This document shows positions 9,464 through 18,640 of a stretch of DNA of 64,000 nt, in pieces. The stretch is from an uncultured Alphaproteobacteria bacterium (GTDB lineage: Bacteria; Pseudomonadota; Alphaproteobacteria; Rs-D84), in NCBI GenBank assembly GCA_944392815.1, contig CALXXY010000001.1:192001-256000 (forward strand). The letters run 5' to 3'. The notes beneath the pieces are model-generated. The model was not told the origin of the DNA, made no database searches, and was given only the letters and a program-made list of their open reading frames with translations. The translations under genes were made by a program, and so were the position numbers. Positions within the stretch are counted from its first letter, which is position 1; each line of letters opens with the position of its first letter.

Positions 9464-9997
9464 ATGCGCACAATAACCAGCGCAGTTAATATCACTATGG
9501 ACGAATTAAATGAACTAAAACATTGGTTAAGCACGCAATACGGGACAAAATCACTATTTTTATCCTTACATTTTAAAACTACGCCCGTGAACAAAGAGTC
9601 TCTTTGTAAACGATGGCGACCAATTTTTACAACCCTGTTCAGATCTATTCTAGGCCGACATTGGATAAAAAGTTATAACCGACATTTTCGGTTCATTGGA
9701 TTTCAGGAGTTCGGAATAAAACATGACCGGCACATTCATTTTATACTAAATGTTAATATTGATATACCTACTGAATTTATAATAGAGAAATTAAAAACTT
9801 TGTCGTTTCGTCTTAATATGGATATATGGACAGACGAGACAGAAAAAATTCATATACCAAAACAACATGGCGACAATCTGATGATAAAACAAATATATTC
9901 AGAACGAATTTTTGACTATATAACCAAAGAAATCCGGATTTTTATACCAAATTCACCAAACCACAGGATAATATTAGATATCGACATAATTCACTAA
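9464..9997 (+). CDS. HUH-superfamily (rolling-circle Rep-like) endonuclease
   Basis: FQE..HDRHIHFIL (HUH motif) and DYITKE (YxxK catalytic Tyr motif). Confidence 0.65.
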   Translation: MRTITSAVNITMDELNELKHWLSTQYGTKSLFLSLHFKTTPVNKESLCKRWRPIFTTLFRSILGRHWIKSYNRHFRFIGFQEFGIKHDRHIHFILNVNIDIPTEFIIEKLKTLSFRLNMDIWTDETEKIHIPKQHGDNLMIKQIYSERIFDYITKEIRIFIPNSPNHRIILDIDIIH

Positions 9998-10158
9998 ACT
10001 GTATGCCTAAAGTCGCACACAAAAACAATAAAAAGCGATAATTGGTGACAGAAACGCGAACAAATCTTACCAACGCCACAGAATCCGTGGCTTTGCGAAG
10101 AAAATCGTTTCTGTCGTTAATATCGCACATTTTTTCAAACCCCGAAAATCTGGCACTT

Positions 10159-10521
10159 CTAACAACTTTTACGATTATTTGAATACACGGACCATATAAG
10201 CACAATTAACAATGCACAGATTCCTAGTCCAACCCCAAGCAAAACATCACCATTCTTTCGGAACCATTCAGCGCGCAGATATTCTCTTTCATATTCTTTC
10301 TGTAATTCTTTACGACTTCTTATTGTTTGTTCTTTCAAACGCCTTTCCTTGTATTGCTCCGCTATATTTTTTGTTGACGTCGGATCGTAACCGGCTTCTC
10401 TGGCCTTTTGATATAATTCTTGTTGATATATAGCCTGCTCTCTATCAAATTGTTCTACAGTCATGGCACTAGCCGATGTAATACCCAAAAACATAATAAA
10501 TAATATTAAATACTTTTTCAT
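10159..10521 (-). CDS. Hypothetical exported protein with C-terminal membrane anchor
   Basis: Signal peptide MKKYLILFIMFLGITSASA; C-terminal TM helix. Confidence 0.7.
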   Translation of the reverse strand: MKKYLILFIMFLGITSASAMTVEQFDREQAIYQQELYQKAREAGYDPTSTKNIAEQYKERRLKEQTIRSRKELQKEYEREYLRAEWFRKNGDVLLGVGLGICALLIVLIWSVYSNNRKSC

Positions 10522-10628
10522 TCTATTACCTTTTGTTGATTCGACAACCTTGTCGATCCAAAATTTTCTCTTATAGCTTAATTTTGCAAAAGCATATTCA
10601 GATATGAGCAGAATCAGATAACGGCATA

Positions 10629-10877
10629 TTATTTTTCTTTCCTTATCTTCAGAAACACTTTATATACGATATATTGGTATAAGAATAAACATACAAAATA
10701 CCCAGCAGCACCAAGAATTAAACTCAGCTCTTTATTCTGTCCTATACTCGTATCCGAAAGCCCAAATAATTCTATAATTCCACCAAGAATCAGAGCAGGA
10801 ATCAACAAAGAACATAAAAATTCTACCACCGCCCAAATAGGTTTTCCACCTGTATAAAGTTTGTAAATCATCGGCAC
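10629..10877 (-). CDS. Small two-TM membrane protein
   Basis: 82-aa ORF with AAAAGGGG RBS and two hydrophobic helices. Confidence 0.6.
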   Translation of the reverse strand: MPMIYKLYTGGKPIWAVVEFLCSLLIPALILGGIIELFGLSDTSIGQNKELSLILGAAGYFVCLFLYQYIVYKVFLKIRKEK

Positions 10878-10892
10878 CCCCTTTTACATAAG

Positions 10893-11110
10893 AAAAGGCC
10901 ACCCAATAAGAGAGTGGTCGGGGAGTTGATAAATCACTGTATTACTGATTCTGTTGCCTTCGAGTTACCTCTGTTTTATAGCAAACAGCTCCCCGACATA
11001 AATCAGGGATATAACGATGCAAAAAGCATCGAAACACCAGATTACGATGCTTTCGCACCGAATACAGTAGGCTTATCACAGCCCCGAACCCAATTCCCAT
11101 TGGATTCGAA
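10893..11110 (-). ncRNA. Putative structured leader/attenuator RNA
   Basis: Promoter TTGCGT-17-TAGAAT (11143-11115); long closing stem 10918-10943/11061-11087; internal hairpins; terminator 10893-10919; alternative pairing 10917-10925/10989-10997. Confidence 0.5.
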
Positions 11111-11182
11111 GTTGATTCTATCAAGAAAAATAGAAAAACGCAAAGAAAATACTTATGCCAAACCAAGCTTTATACCATATGC

Positions 11183-13399
11183 TTATATTTCTTTATCTCG
11201 CTGTTTTTTATGTTCTTCATAAATGCTTTTCATACGCTCAGTTACCACAAGCTCAGCTTCTTTTATATCAAATTTATCTTTTAAGATACTTCTATAACGC
11301 ATAAAATGTATGATGCTAATTTGGCTAAGTTCATCAGAGACTATCAAATTCCATAATAAAACAATGACTTTCTTTACTTCGCTTGTGGTATACTTTGGGC
11401 TTTTAGTGAAATAATCATCATAATACCTATTTATACAGTAAAATAAATTTTCACAATTTTTTACTACACTTTCTAAATATGCTCTATCCGATAACACATC
11501 TAAGAAAACCTTATCTTTCTCTAAAATAAGATCAAATACGCTAGACAGCTCTAGTTTTGTGTTGGGATAGTCATTATTAAATGTTTTGTATTTTTCCCCC
11601 ATCCTGTTCTTGTACTCTTGCTTTATCCTTTCTTTCATTTGTTTTATAATAGTAGCAAGACTATCGTGTTCTATACTCGGGGTAATATATTCACAACACT
11701 CATCAAAAAGCTCCCCCAATTCTTTCAATGTAAAACCAGACAGACTCTTATCAAGCATCATACTCAAGAAATCTTTCTTAGCAGATATAATTTCTTGATC
11801 TTTAATACCAACTATACGAGGCTTATGCAAAAATAAATTTATTAAATTTGTAGAATAAATCGTCCATTCGTCAGACTTTTGCATAATGTCCTTACCAACT
11901 TCCAAGGCCATAAGCATATTACTCTTATGTCTTTGCATTTCATGATCCACAGTTTGAGTACCTATATTCATTTCGTACATATTGTATATATTTACGATAT
12001 CTCTTAATGCAAATGCGGATTTTTTATTTCTTATGTATTTTTCTACATCTTCTTTGGTCTCACATTTATCAAACTCTTTAATGGTTATTATAATGGCTTT
12101 AGAATTATCAGAATAATCTATAAAAAACTCTTCTCTTTTTCCTTCATCAAACATTTTATGAGTCAGATCTTTTATAAGAAGGTAATTTGAATTTTTCTTA
12201 TTACAGTATCGGCCTACAAGAATATCCAGTTCTTTTTTTTGTTGTTCAACTGCTTCTTCTTTATTTCTACTAATAGCTAAATCTATATTGCTTTTTATAT
12301 CTGTGCTCAATTTTAAAGCATAAAATAAATCACCCGCGACATACCTAAATATTATCGATAATAAAAATGCTTTTTTATCGATTTCAAACGGATAAAATCT
12401 TTGTAACTCAACCTCTCGTTCTAACAAATCCCTTAAAATTGTTTTTATTTGTCTGGGATTATTTGGAAAAGAATCCGCATTCCTAATTAGAAAATCCTCT
12501 GTGAAGATTTTGGCTTTTCTAAAGTCTCCTGTTAAAAGTTTTTTCAAGAAATACCTTTTCGAATCATTTGTCATTGCTGGGATATAAAAATGAAAATCAA
12601 TAAATTTATTTATAAATTCGATATTCCAAAGAGCATTTCCCGCTTCTTTCAAAGAAAGGTCTACCTTATCTCTGTCCAACAAGAAAATAAAATTAAAATT
12701 TTCAATTCCAAATAAATCAGATAATTTTGTAAATAAATTTGGAATATCTTCAAATTTTGGGCTTCTATCTATATCATCCAAAACAATTATAAAATTTTTA
12801 TTCTTTGATAACTTCTTTAGTTTTGTTTTTTTCTTTTCATAAGACAAACGAAATAAATCTTGTATTGTACCAAAATATGAAGGTAGTTTTACTTTATCAA
12901 ATATTCTAGGCAACATTAAAAAGGCAGAAAAAAGGGAAACAGGTAATATAATTTTAATATATGGAATTAACAGAATAAAAGAATCAAATAAAAAATACTT
13001 TGTGCATATTATATCTGACAAACAAACTGCCAACCAAGCACAAAATACATATTTCATAAATCCATAAAATAGCCTTTTACTTTTCTGGCACAAATTATAA
13101 TTAGTTAATATTTCTAATAAAGCATCTACTATTTCATCTGAATTTTTATATGCCCACGTATTAAAATCTATAAAGATATATTCTTTCCTAGCCAATTCTT
13201 TCACCATACCAATGATGGATGTTTTTCCGCTTCCCCATTCACCATAAAGACCCATATTACAGCCCTTTTTTATACCATCGGTATCTTTATAACTAATATT
13301 TTTATTTTTTATCGTGCTAACTATATTTTGTGCTATTGTTGCAAAACCTAATAAATCTTTTTCAACATTAACTGTTGGAACTTCTGCCAAATTATTCAT
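11183..13399 (-). CDS. KAP-family P-loop NTPase
   Basis: Walker A GEWGSGKTS, FNTWAY, two TM helices between the Walker motifs, Walker B IIVLDDIDR, FINKFIDFHFYIP, NNPRQIK. Confidence 0.88.
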   Translation of the reverse strand: MNNLAEVPTVNVEKDLLGFATIAQNIVSTIKNKNISYKDTDGIKKGCNMGLYGEWGSGKTSIIGMVKELARKEYIFIDFNTWAYKNSDEIVDALLEILTNYNLCQKSKRLFYGFMKYVFCAWLAVCLSDIICTKYFLFDSFILLIPYIKIILPVSLFSAFLMLPRIFDKVKLPSYFGTIQDLFRLSYEKKKTKLKKLSKNKNFIIVLDDIDRSPKFEDIPNLFTKLSDLFGIENFNFIFLLDRDKVDLSLKEAGNALWNIEFINKFIDFHFYIPAMTNDSKRYFLKKLLTGDFRKAKIFTEDFLIRNADSFPNNPRQIKTILRDLLEREVELQRFYPFEIDKKAFLLSIIFRYVAGDLFYALKLSTDIKSNIDLAISRNKEEAVEQQKKELDILVGRYCNKKNSNYLLIKDLTHKMFDEGKREEFFIDYSDNSKAIIITIKEFDKCETKEDVEKYIRNKKSAFALRDIVNIYNMYEMNIGTQTVDHEMQRHKSNMLMALEVGKDIMQKSDEWTIYSTNLINLFLHKPRIVGIKDQEIISAKKDFLSMMLDKSLSGFTLKELGELFDECCEYITPSIEHDSLATIIKQMKERIKQEYKNRMGEKYKTFNNDYPNTKLELSSVFDLILEKDKVFLDVLSDRAYLESVVKNCENLFYCINRYYDDYFTKSPKYTTSEVKKVIVLLWNLIVSDELSQISIIHFMRYRSILKDKFDIKEAELVVTERMKSIYEEHKKQRDKEI

Positions 13400-13700
13400 A
13401 CATATGCCCTTTCATTATAAAGAATTGTATTATAATAGTATAAAACTAAATTCCTAGCATTAGAATAATGCGCCTCTAAAAGGCTATTAAAATTATCATC
13501 ATAAAAATATCAAAATTTGATGCATATTGACTACTTTCACTTATTTAACATAATTATTACCAAGAGTACTTCATTATAACAACAATAAGGAACTCTTATT
13601 CATATGTTTTTGGACAATTTAAAGATCACCTATCGATTTAAACTTGCACTTAGATCATCATTAAAAGCTCAAGGAGTTTGTTGCCATATTAGCACACCCT

Positions 13701-14129
13701 TCATCCCTTTATATACGAATCAAATTTTTCTATAAAACTGCGTGCATTTAAAAACAACAACCTTACCTGTTCCATATTTATATGATTAATATTTATCGAT
13801 GCTGTATGCGCGCTACTCTGATTCCTTAGATTTTTAATTTGCTGAATTGACGAAATTTCCTCGAATAAAAATACATTCTGTCCATTAGCACCAAGAACCC
13901 CTCTACAGTGATCAAACACATCTTCCGGTTCTTTAGCATTGCATTTTTCACGTATTAAAATCAAATTAGCTTGTACATACTCATCAATTTCTGCATTAAT
14001 TTTTACGATATAATATTCTGCTAATATGGCATTCAAAAGGCCATAATTATTCCCGATTTTGACACTATCAGGAATTTCTTGCAAAATATTATTTATCAAC
14101 TGCAAAAGCTGTTCCGAACTATTAAGCAC
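13701..14129 (-). CDS. HEPN-domain protein (putative RNase)
   Basis: Helical 142-aa ORF with IKNLRNQSSAH (RxxxxxH) motif near the C-terminus; 10 bp downstream of the DUF262 gene. Confidence 0.65.
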   Translation of the reverse strand: MLNSSEQLLQLINNILQEIPDSVKIGNNYGLLNAILAEYYIVKINAEIDEYVQANLILIREKCNAKEPEDVFDHCRGVLGANGQNVFLFEEISSIQQIKNLRNQSSAHTASININHINMEQVRLLFLNARSFIEKFDSYIKG

Positions 14130-14139
14130 TAGTAAAACC

Positions 14140-15186
14140 CTATTTCAGTATATTTCTAGCTATTTCTAGTCGGGTATCAACGAATTTTTTTGACGTTGTC
14201 CCATTACCCCTCAGAATAATTTCCATATACTCTGGGTTTTGCTTTAAAAGTTCAAATTTTTCGGGTAAATTTTCCACTTCCCCGTTGTGCATCAATGCCA
14301 CTATTACCGAGTCAAGCAAAGTATAATTTGGAATATGGCTTTTATTTATTGAAAAGGGATGTTCTGGTAATACATTATCAATTTGTTCCACTGCTTTTAA
14401 GAAAAGTTCTTGCACATCTGTCTTTTCGCTATTTTTGTTAGACTCCATATATTCATTTAGATAAGACTTCATTACCCCCGTATATTCCACTTCATAAAAA
14501 GCGAAACAACGAAGCACTAACTCCAAATCCAAGAAACGCTTTCCCAGTCCTTGTACCCCCAATATATTTTGCCAATGCATATTTTTATTTGTCTCTTCTA
14601 AAACCATAAGAAATTTGCCGTATGCTATACTTCTTCGAATTTCCATATTATTCAAAGACACCCCTCCGGTATTTAATCTTTCAAAAATCTTATATAAAAT
14701 AGACCTATCGTTAAAATTTGTTGGACGTATAACAGTCGCTGACAACACAACATTTTGCAATCTTCGTTGTTGCACTTGATCTAATTCACTAAACTTTTTA
14801 TTACAATATGGGCTATTTTCATTTAACTTTTTTAATTTGAATTCATCATTTAAAAAGGCCGCAATAGTACTTATACGCTGCAAACCATCAACAATAGAAA
14901 AACTTGCGCCATCTTTTGTAAACAAAAACACCGGAGGGACAGGCAACCCCATAAAAAAAGATTCTATTAAACGAGATTTACGAACATCATCCCACACGGG
15001 CCGACGTTGAAAATCAGGTACATTAAAAGTATGGTCTTTAAAATATTTAGAGTAATTTTCTAGCGTGTAAAAAGCGGGATATGTATTAATTTCATAATTT
15101 GTATTATCAGGCTCCATTTCGTCTTCTTCGATAATTTCTCTTTGTTTATCAATTTCTTCTAACCGCAATAAAACATCATCTGCCAT
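14140..15186 (-). CDS. DUF262 (ParB-like/GmrSD N-terminal) domain protein
   Basis: PDFQRRPVW, LIESFFMGLPVP, VDGLQRISTI, IFERLNTGG. Confidence 0.9.
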   Translation of the reverse strand: MADDVLLRLEEIDKQREIIEEDEMEPDNTNYEINTYPAFYTLENYSKYFKDHTFNVPDFQRRPVWDDVRKSRLIESFFMGLPVPPVFLFTKDGASFSIVDGLQRISTIAAFLNDEFKLKKLNENSPYCNKKFSELDQVQQRRLQNVVLSATVIRPTNFNDRSILYKIFERLNTGGVSLNNMEIRRSIAYGKFLMVLEETNKNMHWQNILGVQGLGKRFLDLELVLRCFAFYEVEYTGVMKSYLNEYMESNKNSEKTDVQELFLKAVEQIDNVLPEHPFSINKSHIPNYTLLDSVIVALMHNGEVENLPEKFELLKQNPEYMEIILRGNGTTSKKFVDTRLEIARNILK

Positions 15187-15466
15187 GATTTTAACACCCC
15201 TATAAATAGTTAATTAGTGTATTTAGTATATAAAAATATGTGTTTTTAAGCAAGAACTGTTATCAATAACATAAAAAATAATATACCCCCGATAACACTA
15301 TACGTTCGAAACATTTTCTTTACAAGAAAGCATTCCAATATCCACAGCCTTTTTCATGGAGAAACAAATCATACTATTTGCAATAAATTGTACACACATC
15401 AAAAATTTATTGACTTTACAGCATTTTATTTTACCATGCTTGTTATCAAAATAAAGGTTTATTAAC

Positions 15467-16663
15467 ATGCGGTTATCATCTATTCCGTACTCTGCGAGTA
15501 TAAACTTACTTCAGTGCAATAAATCTGTTCCTTGTAATCGTTTACTGGCCGACACAAACCTTATTCAACAAAATAGCCCTGGACATATTATATATACACC
15601 AATAGTTCAAAAAATAAAAAAGAACATTGAAAACATCACATTGGAAAACGCTGAGAAATACGGTTTCAATGAAATGCTGTTTCCGGTTTTGATGGAAACC
15701 AAGCTTTTAGACGCATCAGGCAAAACTCAAGAATATGCCGATGAATTTTATGCACCGTCCGATTCAAAAGGAAATTTGATTATCTCGCCAACCACGGAAG
15801 AAAGACTGATAGATTTTGTGGCACGCAGTGGCGTTTTATCCTATAAATCATTGCCTATGCGATTTTCACAGGTGTCTAATGTATACAGAAATTTGAAAAG
15901 AACTGAAGGATTGTATAAATCACGAGAAATTTCATGTGTTGTTTTGACTGCTATTGACAAAGATAATGCAACTTATTTACAAACAATGAAAGATTTCAGA
16001 TTGTTATGTGAAGAATCATTCAAACAAATGGGCATCCCAAATTTTTATATCCAAGATAAAATGTCTGGCGCAGTTGAATTCTTTTATACAACAGAGTTAG
16101 CTGATAGACCGCTAAGCAAAAGTATTATCAACAACTTTGGAAACAAGAACAAGTTTGAAACCCAAGAATTGTTTGGTAGTTTATCCATGGGCTATCCTTT
16201 TAAACAGAGTGAAAATTTCAATTTATTTTACACGGACAACAGAGGCACACGCAAGAAACCTGTAGTCAGCACATATGGTATCGGAACCCAACGTTGTATC
16301 CACACATTATTTGAACAAGCGAAAAACGGGCGTACAGATGCGTTTTCTCCAGCGGTACGTCCTTTTGACGTTGATATTATTGTATTATCCAAAGACACCC
16401 AACATGCTCAAATTAAGATATTGGCCGAACAATTGCAAAAAAATAAGATCCATTATTGTATCGACGATCGTAATAATAGCATGAAAGATAAAATGCGATT
16501 TTCGGAATTCTTTTCCATACCATGTCGTATTATTATCGGTGACAAAGAAATTGCACAACAACAATATTCTGTAAAACCGTTGACGGTAAATGAGCCAATG
16601 TATGTTGATATAGCAAAAGCAATAGAACTTGTAAAACAATTAACAATAGAGAGAGTGAGATGA
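15467..16663 (+). CDS. Divergent prolyl-tRNA synthetase-like protein (class IIa core + anticodon domain, altered motifs)
   Basis: SPTTEE, SYKSLPMRFSQ, degenerate motif 2 YRNLKRTEGLYKSREI, motif 3 STYGIGTQR, anticodon domain IDDR..IPCRIIIGDKE. Confidence 0.8.
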   Translation: MRLSSIPYSASINLLQCNKSVPCNRLLADTNLIQQNSPGHIIYTPIVQKIKKNIENITLENAEKYGFNEMLFPVLMETKLLDASGKTQEYADEFYAPSDSKGNLIISPTTEERLIDFVARSGVLSYKSLPMRFSQVSNVYRNLKRTEGLYKSREISCVVLTAIDKDNATYLQTMKDFRLLCEESFKQMGIPNFYIQDKMSGAVEFFYTTELADRPLSKSIINNFGNKNKFETQELFGSLSMGYPFKQSENFNLFYTDNRGTRKKPVVSTYGIGTQRCIHTLFEQAKNGRTDAFSPAVRPFDVDIIVLSKDTQHAQIKILAEQLQKNKIHYCIDDRNNSMKDKMRFSEFFSIPCRIIIGDKEIAQQQYSVKPLTVNEPMYVDIAKAIELVKQLTIERVR

Positions 16664-17664
16664 CCCGACCTGTATCTTCCTGGAACAACCCAAAGCAACA
16701 CTTAGACAAACTGTTAACAACACCTTGGTATAGAGTCATTAACAAAATATTTTCTGAGATATTGGTACTTACTCACGATTTTTATAAAACTGAAAATATT
16801 GCACCCACAATTTTTCCAATTACTACTGGTTCTGTCAGTAGTCCTTTTGGGCTTGGGAGTGATTCTTTGCCAGTAAAAATCAAAATTAAGAATAATGACA
16901 TATATTTGGCAGATTCTATGCAGTTTTCATTGGAAATTGCATCTCGCTTGAACACCAATGGAGCATATTATATTATGCCGTCTTTTCGTGGCGAAGATAT
17001 GGATGCCCGTCATCTTAACGAATTCGTTCATTCAGAGGTCGAAATAAAGGGCTCTCTGGACGATGTTATGGCGTTGGCCGAACGTTACATAAAATTTCTT
17101 ATCAAGGGATTAAAGTTATCTTGCGCAACAGAAATTACAGAAGTATGTGGCACAACGGAACACTTAGATACAGCTTTGGCACGTCCATTTCATAAAATTA
17201 GATTTGAAACCGCTATGCAAGAATTAGCCAGCGTCGAGGATGCATTTAAAAGGTTGGATGATAAATTATACGCTATTACATCTGCTGGAGAACATGCGTT
17301 GATTGACAAATATGGTGATTTTACATGGATAACAAACATGCCTCACAAAGCAGTGCCTTTCTATCAAGCAGAAGAACCTGACACAGAATATTCTATGACA
17401 GGCGATTTACTGGCTGGAATTGGCGAAATATTAGGCTGTGGACAACGTGTATTCTCAGCTCAAGACGCAATTAATTCTTTAGATAATCACAATATTGACA
17501 AGACTGGTTATCAATGGTATATCCACATGCGTGAAATAAATCCTCTACAAACATCAGGCTTTGGAATGGGGATAGAGCGGTTTATTTTATGGTTGTTAAA
17601 ACACAACGACATCCGTGATTGCACTTTACTGATTCGCAACCACAAGGATGTCGTATTTCCTTAA
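16660..17664 (+). CDS. AsnRS-like catalytic-domain-only enzyme (AsnRS2 / archaeal-type asparagine synthetase family)
   Basis: YLADSMQFSLE, motif 2 PSFRGEDMDARHLNEF, motif 3 TSGFGMGIERF; no N-terminal OB fold; ATGA overlap with the upstream gene. Confidence 0.85.
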   Translation: MTRPVSSWNNPKQHLDKLLTTPWYRVINKIFSEILVLTHDFYKTENIAPTIFPITTGSVSSPFGLGSDSLPVKIKIKNNDIYLADSMQFSLEIASRLNTNGAYYIMPSFRGEDMDARHLNEFVHSEVEIKGSLDDVMALAERYIKFLIKGLKLSCATEITEVCGTTEHLDTALARPFHKIRFETAMQELASVEDAFKRLDDKLYAITSAGEHALIDKYGDFTWITNMPHKAVPFYQAEEPDTEYSMTGDLLAGIGEILGCGQRVFSAQDAINSLDNHNIDKTGYQWYIHMREINPLQTSGFGMGIERFILWLLKHNDIRDCTLLIRNHKDVVFP

Positions 17665-18629
17665 TGTTTAAGGATAGTTAAAGAATTATCAGAAATTTTT
17701 ACCTGACCACCAATTGGTAAGGTTACCATTGGATAAGTGTGTCCAAAATCGATGTTGGCCAGCACAGGCATAGCCTTTAATTCTGGATGAATATTAAATA
17801 TAGAGACAATATCTTCTTTAGATATTTCGTTTTTCTGTTCCATGCGTCCAAACAATATTCCACGAACATTTTTAAACCAGGGTTGATGTATTGTGGATTG
17901 CAAAATTCTATCCAATATGTACTTGTTACCACCCTCTATTTCCACCGCCAAAATCACATCTTCATCAATGGGCATATACTGTGTGCCATACAACAATTGG
18001 ACAGTTGTGGCTTCGCCACCAATCAGGGTACCGGTAGCATTTCCATGGTTAATTACCCAAAAGCCGTCGTTTTCATGAAAAGTTCTATCTTCTTGGTTTA
18101 TAAACCATTCAGGGTCGTCACTCCATTTTGTGCTGGCCACTAATGTCTTTTCAGAATTATCAAACAGTATGTGTTTCAAATAGTCCATAGAATAATCTGC
18201 GCCGTATTTCATTCCCAATGTAGAAAAATGTGGTCCATAATATGAAACAATACCTGTTTTTGCCAGTATTGCGTTTTGTAATGCAGCAATGTCAGAATAC
18301 CCGATTAACATCTTAGGATTTTGCCTTATCAAATCATAATCTATTAAATCCAGCAACTGATTAGAATTAAAACCACCAATAACTGTGAATATAGCTTTTA
18401 CATTACTGTCTTTATACGCATCGTGAATATCGTTCAGACGGGCCACCACAGGTGAAGAAACAAAGGCGTCTATAATGTCCAGATTTTTCCCAAAAGATAC
18501 TTTCAACCCCATATCTTCCAATCTTTGTTGGGCCAAGGCTCTTACATCTTCGCCAATAATTTTATACGACATAGCCGGCGCAATAATACGTACTTCATCA
18601 CCAGCTTTTAGTTTTTGTGGAAAAATCAT
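17661..18629 (-). CDS. S66 peptidase (MccF / LD-carboxypeptidase family)
   Basis: PQKLKAGDEVRIIAPA, IGGFNSNQLL, GYSDI (Ser), AVEIE (Glu), DFGHTYP (His). Confidence 0.92.
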   Translation of the reverse strand: MIFPQKLKAGDEVRIIAPAMSYKIIGEDVRALAQQRLEDMGLKVSFGKNLDIIDAFVSSPVVARLNDIHDAYKDSNVKAIFTVIGGFNSNQLLDLIDYDLIRQNPKMLIGYSDIAALQNAILAKTGIVSYYGPHFSTLGMKYGADYSMDYLKHILFDNSEKTLVASTKWSDDPEWFINQEDRTFHENDGFWVINHGNATGTLIGGEATTVQLLYGTQYMPIDEDVILAVEIEGGNKYILDRILQSTIHQPWFKNVRGILFGRMEQKNEISKEDIVSIFNIHPELKAMPVLANIDFGHTYPMVTLPIGGQVKISDNSLTILKH

Positions 18630-18640
18630 CTCTCTCTCCT

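Noticed and set aside
10914-11222. ORFs 10914..11222(+) and 10942..11166(-)
   Set aside because: No motifs or clear RBS; they overlap a strongly base-paired region with promoter and terminator that is better explained as RNA.
16630-16663. Arg-ending C-termini of the two ProRS paralogues (TIERVR, QQTKLR) as T4SS translocation signals
   Set aside because: Too short and generic to support from sequence alone.
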